From: Thermoanaerobaculia bacterium
Lineage (GTDB): Bacteria > Acidobacteriota > Thermoanaerobaculia > Gp7-AA8
Length of the DNA: 64,000 nucleotides
Assembly: GCA_041750915.1 (NCBI GenBank)
Contig: JBGSYJ010000069.1
Coordinates: forward strand, 4,946 to 68,945
Direction of reading: 5' to 3'
Shown: positions 1 through 10,400 of the stretch, in pieces
Layout: every line of letters begins with the position of its first letter
Numbering within the stretch: the stretch's first letter is position 1
Made by a program: the position numbers and the translations under genes
The notes under the pieces: model-generated
The model's input: the letters and a program-made list of their open reading frames with translations, nothing else
Database searches by the model: none
Told to the model about the DNA's origin: nothing

Positions 1-676
1 AGTTCGTTTCACCGGCTTCGAGTGGAAGTGGCCCGGCGATGAGCGCTTCGACGACGAGGCGCGCGAGCGAGATGCTCGATGGCGCGCGGCGCTTGACAGG
101 GAACACCTGCGAGCAGTCGTTCGGGGCGCGCTTCGGGTCGTGGAAGTAGAGATCGAGCTCGCGCGGCTCGATCGCCAGCGGAGCCGAGACTTTCACGAGC
201 GACTGCTCGCTCCCATCCTTCGCTGAAACGTCGAACGCTTCAACGATCACTTGTTTTCCTGGCCATGAAGTCATGAAGACTTCGACTTCCCACGGATTGA
301 ACGAACCGAGCTCACCGCGAGCCGTCGTGAACGTGCGGGCGATGACCTGGCCCTCCTCGTCTCGGAGGCGCACCGAGACATGATTCTCGAATGTCCGTGC
401 CGTGCCCGCCACCCGGATGGGATTCGACGCGATCCGTTCACCTTCCCGCGGCGCACTGATCGTAACGTTCCGGAAGGTCGCCGGCGGTGGAGTGGCGGAA
501 GGCGACGGAGCGGGTGAGGGCGTTGTACCCGGCGCCGGAGTCGATTTCGCTTCGGTGGAAACGGCTCCGGGAGCTGTTGTCGTATCGGTGGGCTCGCCGG
601 CTGCACATCCGAGGGTGAGGATCAACGCCGATAGAGATGCGAATCGCAGCAGGAAGGGTCGCAATGTCGAGCTCAT
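1..676 (-). CDS. Lipoprotein with Gmad2 Ig-like and GerMN domains; the C-terminus lies beyond the window start
   Basis: The minus-strand frame is open from an ATG at 676..674 to the window edge. Its N-terminus [24 protein letters not shown] has a lipobox. It is followed by a Pro/Thr-rich linker, a Gmad2-like motif ([26 protein letters not shown]...FDVSAKDGS) and a GerMN-like motif ([24 protein letters not shown]...ALIAGP). The supplied ORF table missed it because no stop codon falls inside the window. Confidence 0.6.
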   Translation of the reverse strand, partial: MSSTLRPFLLRFASLSALILTLGCAAGEPTDTTTAPGAVSTEAKSTPAPGTTPSPAPSPSATPPPATFRNVTISAPREGERIASNPIRVAGTARTFENHVSVRLRDEEGQVIARTFTTARGELGSFNPWEVEVFMTSWPGKQVIVEAFDVSAKDGSEQSLVKVSAPLAIEPRELDLYFHDPKRAPNDCSQVFPVKRRAPSSISLARLVVEALIAGPLPLEAGETN

Positions 677-709
677 GCGGCGGATCTTTTCCATTTCCGG
701 GCCAATTCC

Positions 710-738
710 TTGACCCGCCGCGGCACGGTGCATAAACT
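710..738 (+). promoter_or_regulatory. Putative sigma70-type promoter of acnA (TTGACC-N17-TAAACT)
   Basis: TTGACC at 710-715, a 17-nt spacer, and TAAACT at 733-738, about 77 nt upstream of the acnA ATG. Confidence 0.3.
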
Positions 739-814
739 CAACACGGCCGGCAGTCACTCGCGGCTTTCACTGCCCAACCGGGTTCCCCTCTGTTGCCAGC
801 ACATCACAGTCAGG

Positions 815-3679
815 ATGGATATGCCACACAACCTGTTCGAAACCTTTCGCACCTTTCCGACGGCCGGCGGCGGCAAGGGAAGCTACTACTCCCTTCCGCA
901 ACTCGAAGCAGAAGGACTGGGCACGATCTCCCGAATGCCCATCTCCATGCGGATCGTCCTCGAATCCGTCCTCCGGAACTTTGACGGCGACAAAATCACC
1001 GAGGCGGACGTCCGGCAGGTTGCAGGATGGGCTGCGAAGGGTGAGCGGACCGAAGAGGTTCCTTTCAAAGTCGCCCGTGTGCTGCTGCAGGATTTCACCG
1101 GAGTTCCGCTGCTGGTAGACCTCGCGGCGATGCGGTCTGCGGCGGAGCGCTTCGGGGCGAACCCCGGCATGATCGAGCCTCTCGTACCGGTCGACCTCGT
1201 GATCGACCACTCCGTACAGGTTGATTTCAGTGGCACCGACGACTCGCTCAGCCGGAACATGGAGATGGAGTTCCGTCGAAACAGCTCCCGCTACGAGTTC
1301 CTCAAATGGGGGACGCAGGGATTCAACGGTTTCCGGGTGGTTCCACCTGGAATCGGAATCGTCCATCAGGTGAACCTCGAATATCTCGCTCTGGGTGTGG
1401 TCGAGAAAGACGGCGTTTTCTACCCTGACACACTCGTCGGCACAGACTCGCACACGACGATGATCAATGGACTGGGCATTGTCGCGTGGGGCGTCGGTGG
1501 AATCGAAGCTGAAGCCGGCATGCTCGGCCAGCCGGTGTACTTCCTGACGCCGGACGTGATCGGCGTAAACCTCACGGGCCGGCTGCGTGAGGGCACAACG
1601 GCGACCGACCTCGTGCTGCACGTGACTGAGATGCTCAGAAACTACAGAGTTGTCGGCAAGTTCGTCGAGTTTCATGGGGAGGGAGCGGCGTGTCTTCCTG
1701 TCGCCGACCGCGCGACGATCTCAAACATGGCGCCCGAATACGGCGCCACGATGGGCTTCTTCGGGATCGATGAAGAGACATGCAACTACCTGCTAGCGAC
1801 TGGACGCACAGATGAGCATGTCGAGACCTTTCGTAACTACTATGTGGCGCAGGGGATGTTCGGCATTCCACGCGCCGGAGATGTCGACTACACGGCAGTG
1901 CTCGATCTCGATCTGGGTGACATCGGGCCAAGCGTCAGCGGGCCGAAGCGCCCGCAGGATCGCATCGATCTCGGGGGCCTCAAGAAACAGTTCATCTCTC
2001 TCTTCCACAAGCCTGCAGCAGAGAGCGGCTACGGCAAGGCGATTGAGGACCTGCACCAGAGCTATCCCCTTCACGAAACCGAGCAGGAGGTCATCGAGGG
2101 TGGGGGCGACCAGGACCCTGCATCTCATCCCGACGAGAAGGAAAGGAACACCAGCGCCCTCACCGAGAGCGAGATGATGAACAACCGGCCGACGCCGGAT
2201 CGCGTCGTGGCCGATGACGCGATACCTTCTGCGCGAGAAGCGAAGCACCTTCATCACGGCGATGTTGTCATCGCCGCCATCACGTCATGTACGAACACGT
2301 CGAATCCGTCTGTGATGCTCGCCGCCGGGCTCGTTGCAAAGAAGGCCGTCGAGCGGGGCATGGCTCCTCGGCCGACGGTGAAGACCTCGCTCGCTCCCGG
2401 CTCGCGCGTCGTGACCGATTACCTCGAGAAGAGCGGGCTGCTGAAGTACCTCAATCAGATACGATTCAACCTCGTCGGATACGGCTGCACGACATGCATC
2501 GGAAATTCCGGACCGCTGGACGCGAAGATCGAGAACGCAATTGTGACGAATGATCTCGTCGTCGCGAGCGTGCTGAGCGGGAACCGCAATTTCGAGGCCC
2601 GCGTGCACCAGAACGTCAAGGCGAACTTCCTCATGAGTCCGCCGCTCGTGGTCGCGTTCGCCCTCGCTGGAAGGGTCGATATCGACCTCACGTCCGAGGC
2701 GATCGGTCAGGGTTCAGACGGCGAGGACGTCTACCTTCGCGACCTCTGGCCGACGCTCAGTGAAGTCCGAGAGGCGATGCAGGCCTCGCTCAGCGCTGAA
2801 AGCTTCCGCCGGCTCTACCGCGATTTCGCCGAGCAGAATCCCCTGTGGGAAGCGATCCCGAGCAAGCCCGGGCTGCTGTACGAGTGGAACGAAAAGTCCA
2901 CGTACATTCAGGAGCCTCCATTCTTCAAGGATTTCAGCATGCAGCCCGGCAGGCAGTCGGACGTCCGGCGCGCCCGTGCGCTCGCGATCTTTGGCGACTC
3001 CGTCACCACGGATCACATCAGCCCTGCAGGCGCGATCAAGCCGTCCTCCCCGGCTGGAAAGTATCTTCAGGAGATGGGAGTCAGCGTCGAGGACTTCAAC
3101 AGCTACGGCTCGCGGCGGGGCAACGATCGCGTCATGGTGCGTGGGACGTTTGCGAATGTCCGCATCAGGAACCTCATGGTGCCGGGCGTCGAGGGCGGCG
3201 TGACGGTGCACCAGCCGACCGCTGAGCAGATGAGCATTTACGAGGCGGCCGAACGGTACCAGAGCGCGAACGTGCCCCTGATAGTGATTGCCGGCGAAGA
3301 ATATGGAACAGGAAGCTCGCGCGATTGGGCGGCCAAAGGAACCATGCTCCTCGGCGTCAAGGCCGTAATCACGAAGAGCTTCGAGAGAATTCACCGCAGC
3401 AATCTGGTCGGCATGGGGGTGCTTCCCTGTCAGTTCCTGAATGGCACGAGCGCGCAGTCGCTGGGACTCGACGGCACGGAGATCTTCGATCTGCTGGGTC
3501 TCGAGGGAGAGATCACTCCCCGCATGCAGGCGCGGCTTGTCATCGAGCGGAAGTCAGGCGAGGTCGAGGAGGTGCCGGTGATGGTGCGAATCGATACTCC
3601 GATCGAAGTGGACTACTACCGACATGGCGGAATCCTTCCATTCGTGCTGCGGCAGCTGATCAGCGGGGCGGAGGGGTAG
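815..3679 (+). CDS. acnA: Aconitate hydratase A
   Basis: [111 protein letters not shown] and SPAGAI are all canonical AcnA/IRP motifs. I chose the start at MDMPHN (815) inside the longer ORF that begins at 710. Confidence 0.93.
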   Translation: MDMPHNLFETFRTFPTAGGGKGSYYSLPQLEAEGLGTISRMPISMRIVLESVLRNFDGDKITEADVRQVAGWAAKGERTEEVPFKVARVLLQDFTGVPLLVDLAAMRSAAERFGANPGMIEPLVPVDLVIDHSVQVDFSGTDDSLSRNMEMEFRRNSSRYEFLKWGTQGFNGFRVVPPGIGIVHQVNLEYLALGVVEKDGVFYPDTLVGTDSHTTMINGLGIVAWGVGGIEAEAGMLGQPVYFLTPDVIGVNLTGRLREGTTATDLVLHVTEMLRNYRVVGKFVEFHGEGAACLPVADRATISNMAPEYGATMGFFGIDEETCNYLLATGRTDEHVETFRNYYVAQGMFGIPRAGDVDYTAVLDLDLGDIGPSVSGPKRPQDRIDLGGLKKQFISLFHKPAAESGYGKAIEDLHQSYPLHETEQEVIEGGGDQDPASHPDEKERNTSALTESEMMNNRPTPDRVVADDAIPSAREAKHLHHGDVVIAAITSCTNTSNPSVMLAAGLVAKKAVERGMAPRPTVKTSLAPGSRVVTDYLEKSGLLKYLNQIRFNLVGYGCTTCIGNSGPLDAKIENAIVTNDLVVASVLSGNRNFEARVHQNVKANFLMSPPLVVAFALAGRVDIDLTSEAIGQGSDGEDVYLRDLWPTLSEVREAMQASLSAESFRRLYRDFAEQNPLWEAIPSKPGLLYEWNEKSTYIQEPPFFKDFSMQPGRQSDVRRARALAIFGDSVTTDHISPAGAIKPSSPAGKYLQEMGVSVEDFNSYGSRRGNDRVMVRGTFANVRIRNLMVPGVEGGVTVHQPTAEQMSIYEAAERYQSANVPLIVIAGEEYGTGSSRDWAAKGTMLLGVKAVITKSFERIHRSNLVGMGVLPCQFLNGTSAQSLGLDGTEIFDLLGLEGEITPRMQARLVIERKSGEVEEVPVMVRIDTPIEVDYYRHGGILPFVLRQLISGAEG

Positions 3680-3714
3680 GGGTTCGTCGTCTATACGGAG
3701 ATCTGGCGAGGTTG

Positions 3715-3900
3715 GCATCCCGAGCCTGGTTGTGCGGGTGGGAGGGGCGAGGGATCTCCGGCGGTAGTACGTAGTCAATTCGTCACGGAAACAGTCGAGG
3801 TGCGGACTTCCTCGAGGCAACTATGTACCATCGCGAGAGATCCCTCGCCCCTCCCGCACACCCACGCTTGCTCGGGATGACACTTGGTTCATTTCTTCCG
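3715..3900. repeat. MITE-like palindromic element, type II, copy A (about 185 bp)
   Basis: The left arm GGCATCCCGAGCCTGGTTGTGCGGGTGGGAGGGGCGAGGGATCTCCGGCGGTAGTACGTAGT is the near-perfect reverse complement of the right arm ACTATGTACCATCGCGAGAGATCCCTCGCCCCTCCCGCACACCCACGCTTGCTCGGGATGACA. A second copy lies at 38290-38470. Confidence 0.6.
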
Positions 3901-4189
3901 ACAAAGACCTGTCGCACCGTTCTGAAGCGTCAGGATGACAAGTCCTTCAGTTCCTTGCGTCTGGCGGGCGGCCAGGTTTACGAAAAAGTAAGACTTCCGC
4001 CCGGAACAAACGCCTCAACCTCGCTGTTGCCAACAGTTCCAGCAGTCCGCTCCACGTTCAACTCAGTGGGGGTGCGGAAACCCGCATCCCCGTTCGCGTT
4101 CAACTTTGGCGCGATTTCGAGTAAGATACGCAACCCAACCAGATCTCGCCGAAGGCGGGACTGTCCATCCTGAAAGGTTTTTCATTCGC

Positions 4190-5620
4190 ATGACGGATTC
4201 CAGAGAAAACGCAGACACTTCGTTTGCGGAAGCGTTCGAAGCAAGTTTGAACTTTAAGACCCCTGTACAGGGAGACATGCTTCGCGGCACGATCGTCTCC
4301 ATTTCGGGAGACGACGCCTACGTATCGTACGGCGGACCCTCGGAGGCCGTGATGTCGGTCGCCGAACTGGCCGAAGGGGAAAACCAGGAGGGTGACACCG
4401 TCGAAGCGATGGTCGTGGCCACCGCTCCGGTCATCCGCCTCTCGCGCAAGATGATGGCCGGCCGCGCTTCGCTGCAGGCGCTTCGTCAGGCGTACGAGAA
4501 CGGTCTTCCAGCAGAAGGAAAGATCACGGGGCGCAACAAGGGCGGCTTTGACGTCAGCGTCGGCGGCGTCCGCGCCTTCTGCCCGCTCTCGCAGATCGAC
4601 CTCGGCAAGATCAATGATCCAGATGCCTATGTGAACAAAAGCTTCGACTTCCGGGTCACGGAGCTTTCGGATGACGGTCGCAAGATCGTGGTCTCGCGCG
4701 CTGCGCTGCTTCGTGAGGAAGCTGCGGTTCGCGCCGACGAAGTCCGCAAGACTATTGTCCCGGGAGCGATGCTCGAGGGAACGGTCCGCACGATCATGCC
4801 GTTCGGCGCTTTCGTCGACCTCGGCGGCGTCGATGGACTGCTCCATGTCTCTGAGATGAGCCGTCGTCGCGTCAATGACCCGAAGGAATTCGTCAGCGTC
4901 GGTCAGCAGGTGACTGTCAAGGTTCTGAAGATCGAGAACGACGGCAAACGGGTGTCGTTGTCGATGAAAGATCAGGAGCGCGACCCCTGGAACGACGCGA
5001 TCGAGCGCTTCCAGCCGGGTGATGCGTTCACTGGAACGATTGCACGCGCCACCGATTTCGGCTTTTTCGTCGAGCTCGAGCCGGGTCTCGATGGCTTGCT
5101 TCACGTCTCGCAGCTCCCGATCGGACTCAAGCAGAGCGACGAATCGCTTGCGATCGGTAACTCTATCTCAGGCTGGGTCCGCGAAGTCGATGCGGAACGG
5201 CGCCGTATCTCGCTTGCGATGCGCGAAGTCGCTTCGGGCGATCCCTGGGAAGACATCGAACAGAAGTTCCCCGTCGGTCGGGTCGTCGAAGGAACCGTTG
5301 AGCGCGCCGGGCAACCGGGCGTTTTCGTCGCCCTCGAGCCGGGCTTGACCGGACTCATTCCGGTGTCCGAGATGAGCCTTCCTCCGGGAGGCGATCCGGG
5401 CAAGGCGCACCAGCCGGGTGAGAAACTCGCCGTGAAGATCCTCTCCGTCGACCGTTCGCGCCGCCGTATCTCTCTGAGTCACGAGGGTGCGAAGGCTGCT
5501 GCGGAGCGTGGCGAGTTCCTCGAGTACGTCGAGGATTCGAAGGCCGGAGCAGCAGAGAGCAAGAGCGCCATGGCGCTCGCCCTCGAGCGGGCGATGTCCG
5601 GCAAGGGCGAAGACGAGTAA
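4190..5620 (+). CDS. rpsA: 30S ribosomal protein S1 (multiple S1 RNA-binding domains)
   Basis: At least five S1-domain signatures: GDMLRGTIVSI, GKITGRNKGGFDVSVGGVRAFCPLSQI, GAMLEGTVRTIMPFGAFVDLGGVDGLLHVSEM, GDAFTGTIARATDFGFFVEL and GRVVEGTVERAGQPGVFVAL. The start at ATG 4190 is in frame within the longer ORF 4106. Confidence 0.85.
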   Translation: MTDSRENADTSFAEAFEASLNFKTPVQGDMLRGTIVSISGDDAYVSYGGPSEAVMSVAELAEGENQEGDTVEAMVVATAPVIRLSRKMMAGRASLQALRQAYENGLPAEGKITGRNKGGFDVSVGGVRAFCPLSQIDLGKINDPDAYVNKSFDFRVTELSDDGRKIVVSRAALLREEAAVRADEVRKTIVPGAMLEGTVRTIMPFGAFVDLGGVDGLLHVSEMSRRRVNDPKEFVSVGQQVTVKVLKIENDGKRVSLSMKDQERDPWNDAIERFQPGDAFTGTIARATDFGFFVELEPGLDGLLHVSQLPIGLKQSDESLAIGNSISGWVREVDAERRRISLAMREVASGDPWEDIEQKFPVGRVVEGTVERAGQPGVFVALEPGLTGLIPVSEMSLPPGGDPGKAHQPGEKLAVKILSVDRSRRRISLSHEGAKAAAERGEFLEYVEDSKAGAAESKSAMALALERAMSGKGEDE

Positions 5621-5645
5621 TTCGACTGCATCGGCATTGAATGTG

Positions 5646-5676
5646 AAAATCCTCCCACCGGGAGGATTTTTCATTT
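5646..5676 (+). terminator. Rho-independent terminator after rpsA; its stem also supplies the GGAGGA ribosome-binding site for rof
   Basis: AAAATCCTCCC-ACCG-GGAGGATTTTTCATTT is a perfect 9-bp stem plus a T-tract, and it ends one nucleotide before the rof ATG. Confidence 0.6.
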
Positions 5677-5913
5677 ATGTCTGAAGAACGATACGAGCCG
5701 GTTTCCTGCGATTATCACGATCAGCTCGAAGCTGCTGCGGTCACGAAAAAGGAAGTGGAGCTCGAGTTCGATGCGCAGGGCGTGAGGCAACGCGAGCGCG
5801 GAAAGATTGCTGACGTGTACAGCGACAATGGTGCGGAATTCGTGAGACTCGAAGCCGGCGAAGGCTCGGTTCGAGTTCGTCTGGATGAGATTGTTTCGTT
5901 TCGAGAGCTCTGA
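5677..5913 (+). CDS. rof: Rho-binding antiterminator Rof/YaeO family
   Basis: 78 aa. YEPVSCDYHDQLEAAAV...VELEF...GEGSVRVRLDEIVSF matches the E. coli Rof pattern (YQPINCDDYDNLELAC...LKDGE...ETRELRLDKITSF). Confidence 0.7.
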   Translation: MSEERYEPVSCDYHDQLEAAAVTKKEVELEFDAQGVRQRERGKIADVYSDNGAEFVRLEAGEGSVRVRLDEIVSFREL

Positions 5914-5925
5914 GGGGCGAACGGA

Positions 5926-6204
5926 GTGTCCGTATTGAAGGATCTTTCACCGGATGATCCGGTATTTCTGCTCGAGACCGATCGGCAGACGTGGATCGCA
6001 ATACGCGGCGTCGACGAGACCGGAAACGCCACGCAGTTCCGCCTGGCCTTCAGTACTCTGGACCTTGCCGCGCGTTTCGCCAGCCGGTTTCCTGCGTTCG
6101 GTGCGAAGAGGGTCCGCGAAATCCGGCTGGGCGACATCACGACTGCCGAGGATCCGCCCGTAGCCATCGACGTCGATCCCGATTCGCTGGAGCATGAAAA
6201 GTAG
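5926..6204 (+). CDS. Hypothetical protein (GTG start)
   Basis: A 92-aa ORF follows rof with a GAGGGG ribosome-binding site. I recognised no family. Confidence 0.35.
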   Translation: MSVLKDLSPDDPVFLLETDRQTWIAIRGVDETGNATQFRLAFSTLDLAARFASRFPAFGAKRVREIRLGDITTAEDPPVAIDVDPDSLEHEK

Positions 6205-6380
6205 CGGGACATTCCGATGCCGATGTCCCGCGTTACCGGCAGTGAAGCGGTAGGACATATGGGGCATTCATCCCGCGTCGTCATGTGGCAGGGCCCGCCG
6301 CCCTGCCTGAATGTACGACACCTGGAGCATTCATCCGGGTCGTCGCCCCAGAACGTCGCAAGTTCCTCACATTCCGAAAG

Positions 6381-6402
6381 GCGGCGGATCGGAATCCGCC
6401 GC
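6381..6402 (+). terminator. Conserved hairpin GCGGCGGATCGGAATCCGCCGC, a terminator-like motif
   Basis: An 8-9-bp GC stem lies upstream of the 6454 gene. The reverse complement shares an identical 23-nt core with the hairpin at 27303-27323. Confidence 0.35.
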
Positions 6403-6453
6403 TACTAGCAAACCATTTTCTCGTTCCGGGCGTACAATCATCAGGGAGCCGTC

Positions 6454-7194
6454 ATGCCAAAGAGCCTTTTCTATGCCGGAGTGATCTTTTGCGCGCTGTT
6501 TGCGCTGCTCGTTGCCAGCGGTGTGATCCAGAGCGGAACGACGCCCGGTCTCGATGGACTCCTGTACGACCCCGCTGCGTCCGAGCTGGCCCCGGTTTCT
6601 CCATCAGTCATGATCGCCGTTCTCCTGATGATGATTCCCGTGGCGTCCATTCTTCTCCGGATGGCCTCGCTCGTGGCAGCGCGGAACCTCTTCGCCGCGT
6701 TCTTCGGGATCTTCTCAGTATCCTGCGCCGCACTGGCGTTGGGATACTTTGCCGCCCTTCAGTTCCGCATTGGCACGTTGATTCGCACCTCCTCTGAGGC
6801 GATCACCCGGATCCAGCCTCTGCTCGAGTCCCAGGTTGCGGTAACGTGGTCATTCGGCTGGTTCCTTTCGCTTGCGCTCCTCTCGCTTCGGCCGTACTTC
6901 AGGATTCAGGCGAGCCGCACACTCAGTGCCCTGGTGTTCCTGCCGGCTCCCGTGTTCCTCTGGGCGCTGATGGGGACCGCGGGGCAGGTTGCCGGCACGA
7001 CATCATCGACGATGATGCTCTACTGGAGCCTTCTTGCCGCAATCTTTCTTGCGATCTCAGTTCACTGCGTGCGCCATCGCCACCTCTTCATTGAGGTCAC
7101 GAATCTGCGCGAGCTTCTCGACACGCGGGTGGTGCCCCCGCTGGGCGACCGAAGAAGGCTTTCGTTCGACGGCGGCGTGGCTTTCGACAGTTGA
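6454..7194 (+). CDS. Multi-pass integral membrane protein, unknown function
   Basis: The AGGGAG ribosome-binding site precedes a 246-aa ORF with about six hydrophobic helices (GVIFCALFALLVASGVI, IAVLLMMIPVASILL and others). Confidence 0.6.
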   Translation: MPKSLFYAGVIFCALFALLVASGVIQSGTTPGLDGLLYDPAASELAPVSPSVMIAVLLMMIPVASILLRMASLVAARNLFAAFFGIFSVSCAALALGYFAALQFRIGTLIRTSSEAITRIQPLLESQVAVTWSFGWFLSLALLSLRPYFRIQASRTLSALVFLPAPVFLWALMGTAGQVAGTTSSTMMLYWSLLAAIFLAISVHCVRHRHLFIEVTNLRELLDTRVVPPLGDRRRLSFDGGVAFDS

Positions 7195-7252
7195 GCGTTG
7201 TTGCAACCACGCTCGAAAGCAATGGCCTCAAGTCAAGCGGCGAACGTGCTTT

Positions 7253-7338
7253 TGTCATCCTGAGCGAAGCGAAGGATCCCCTCAGGACTCGCCTTTCGGC
7301 ATGCAATCAGGGGATCCTTCGCTTTGCTCAGGATGACA
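7253..7338. repeat. Type I palindromic element (GTCATCCTGAGCGAAGCGAAGGATCCCC hairpin), copy a
   Basis: Arms TGTCATCCTGAGCGAAGCGAAGGATCCCCT and AGGGGATCCTTCGCTTTGCTCAGGATGACA flank a 26-nt loop. Confidence 0.7.
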
Positions 7339-7424
7339 CCTTTCGTACCGTCTTCTATCCTGCGCTTCTGTCTTCCGGGTGGTAAAATAGCCTCGCCAGA
7401 CTTCATCCGGAGAGCCCCCCATCG

Positions 7425-10400
7425 ATGTCCTTCGTTCACCTCCACATGCATACGCAGTATTCGCTGCTCGACGGCGCGAATCGTCCTGAAGATCTCGCCG
7501 CAAGAGTCGCGGAGATGAAGATGCCGGCGTGCGCGATCACTGACCACGGCAATATGTTCGGGGCGATCGACTTCTACAACGCGATGATGGAGAAGAAGGT
7601 CAAGCCAATCATCGGCTGTGAGATGTACATGGCGCTCGGCTCACGGTTCGACAAGGCCGGCGTGGAAAATCAGGATGCCGACGCCGGATCGAACAATCAC
7701 CTGATCGTTCTTGCAACGAATGACGCTGGCTACAGGAACCTCGTCAAGCTGGTTAGCGCTGGATATACCGAGGGGTTCTATTACAAGCCGCGCATCGACA
7801 GGGAACTGCTCAAAGAGCATTCCGAGGGGCTGATCTGCCTGTCATCCTGCCTGAAGGGCGAGGTCTCTCAGGCTCTCGCTGGAGGGAACTTCACGAAGGC
7901 GCTCGATGCTGCCCGCGCGTACAAGGAGATCCTCGGCCCCGACAACTTCTTTCTCGAGATCCAGGACCACGGAATTCCGGATCAGGTGAAGATCATCCCG
8001 CTGATGGCTCAGATTGCCGAGCAGGCAGGTTTGCGGATGGTTGCGACGAACGACTCGCACTATCTCGACAAGACGGACTCCTTTGCCCACGAAGTCCTGC
8101 TGGCAATCGGCACGGGCAAGACGCTCGACGACGATCGCCGGATGAAGTTTTACTCGGATGACTTCTACGTGAAGTCGCCTCAGGAGATGTCGAAGATTTT
8201 CGCGGCGTATCCTGAGGCGGTGGCGAACACGCTCCGGATTGCGGAGCGGGTGGATCTGAAGATTGAGCCGCAGAGTTACCACCTGCCGAACTTCCCCGTG
8301 CCGAAGGGGAGCGATCCGACGACGTACTTCGAAAAGGTAGCCCGCGAAGGCCTCGAGATGCGTCTCGCGGCGATGGCGCATCTGTTCGAGGCGAAACGAA
8401 AAAAACACGAGCGTCAGGAGTACATCGATCGCCTCGAAAGGGAGATCGGCATCATCCGGAGCATGGGCTTTCCTGGCTACTTCCTCGTGGTATGGGATTT
8501 CATCAAATTCGCCAGGGATCACGGGATTCCCGTAGGTCCGGGCCGAGGGTCTGCGGCTGGTTCACTCGTAGCGTACGCGATGAGGATCACGGACGTCGAT
8601 CCGCTGGACTACGACCTCCTGTTCGAGAGGTTTCTCAATCCCGACCGTATCTCGATGCCCGACATCGACATCGACTTCTGCATGAACAATCGCGGGAGGG
8701 TGATCGAGTACGTCCGCGACAAGTACGGAGCGGAGAACGTGGCGCAGATCATCACGTTCGGAACGATGGCCGCCCGTTCCGTGGTTCGGGACGTCGGACG
8801 CGTGCTCGGGATGCCGTTCGGTTTCGTTGACAAGGTGGCCAAGGCCATTCCCTCGGGTCCGGGCGTCATGCTGGCCGATGCAAAAAAAGACTCTCCACTC
8901 CTGGTCGAGGCGATCCGCAGCGACAAGGAAGTCGAAAAGATGATCGATATCGCGCTCCGCCTCGAAGGGCTGACCCGCCACGCGGGGGTTCACGCCGCGG
9001 GCGTCGTCATCACACCTGAGCCCGTTGACCAGTACGTTCCGCTCTACCGCACGAACAAGGACGAAATCGTCACCCAGTACGACATGCGCATCGTCGAGAA
9101 GATGGGGCTTCTCAAGATGGATTTTCTCGGGCTGCGCACGCTCACCGTGATCGACGATGCAATCAAGTCGATCCTCGCACAGGAAGGCGTGAAGCTCGAG
9201 ATCGAGAAGCTGGAGCTCGACGACCCTGAGGTCTACCGTCTATTTCAGGAGGGCCGCACAAAAGGCGTGTTCCAGTTCGAATCGGGAGGCATGGTCGATC
9301 TGCTTCGCAAGGCCCGTCCTACGAAGTTCGAAGATCTGGCGGCGCTTAATGCTCTCTATCGTCCGGGCGCGCTCGATGCGGGCATGGTCGACGAGTATGT
9401 CCGCCGGAAGAACGGACAGTCGAAAGCCAGATATCTCGTTCCTGTCATGCAACCGATTCTGGAGGAGACGTACGGGATCGTCGTCTACCAGGAGCAGGTC
9501 ATGCAGATCGCGCAGGGAGTTGCGAACTATTCGCTTGCACAGGCAGACCTTCTTCGCAAAGCGATGGGAAAGAAGGACAAAGCGATCATGGAGAAGGAGC
9601 GCGTCAGCTTCGTCTCCGGCGCGCTGGACAACGGGTACACACGCGAGAAGGCTGATGCGATCTTCGACTACATCGAGCCCTTCGCCCGCTACGGCTTCAA
9701 CAAGTCGCACTCTGTCGCGTACGCGCTGCTTGCCTACCAGACGGCGTGGCTGAAGGTTCATTATCCGCGTCACTTCATGGCCGCCGTGCTGACGTCCGAG
9801 ATGGACAAGACCGAGAATGTCGTCAAGTTCATCAACGAGACCTCGCAGATGGGGATCCGACTGCTCCCTCCGGACATCAACGAGTCGAATTTCTCGTTCA
9901 CAGTCGTCGGGTCGAATCTCCGGTTCGGACTTGGCGCAGTGAAGGGAGTCGGAGGAAGTGCGATCGAGTCCATCCTCTTTGCGAGGCGAACGGTCGGCCG
10001 CTTCACCGGCTTGTTCGAATTCTGTGAACAGGTCGATCTCCGCGCCTGCAACAAAAAGGTAATCGAGGCGCTGATCAAGTCGGGCTCTTTCGACTCCTTC
10101 CGCCTCACGCGCAAGGCGCTCTTCGAACAGCTGGAGCGGACTGCGGAAAGCGCGATGAAGGCGAAAGAGGAAAAGGAAAGAGGTCAGAGCACACTGTTCG
10201 GAGGCGCGGGCGCAGGCATCATCACGGCACCACGTTCCCTTGCCGCCGCGACAGATTCCGACGAATGGCTCGAGGATGAAAAGCTCGCCTTCGAAAAGGA
10301 AACGCTGGGCTTCTACATCACCGGACATCCTCTCAACAAGTTCGAAGGGGACCTCGAGATTTTCGCGACCGCAAATACGGACACTCTCAAGCGTTTCGTC

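Noticed and set aside
271-713. ORFs 271..606 (minus) and 402..713 (plus)
   Set aside because: A different minus-strand frame gives a coherent lipoprotein with GerMN/Gmad2 motifs running off the window edge. These two frames are Arg/Pro-rich with no features.
4100-5104. 334-aa minus-strand ORF overlapping rpsA
   Set aside because: It is antisense to clear S1-domain repeats; it is a GC-frame artefact.
7233-7547. Small ORFs overlapping type I palindromic elements (also 38105..38362 and 63276..63635)
   Set aside because: They read through repeat arms and have no ribosome-binding site. 63276..63635 is also antisense to the SPASM gene.
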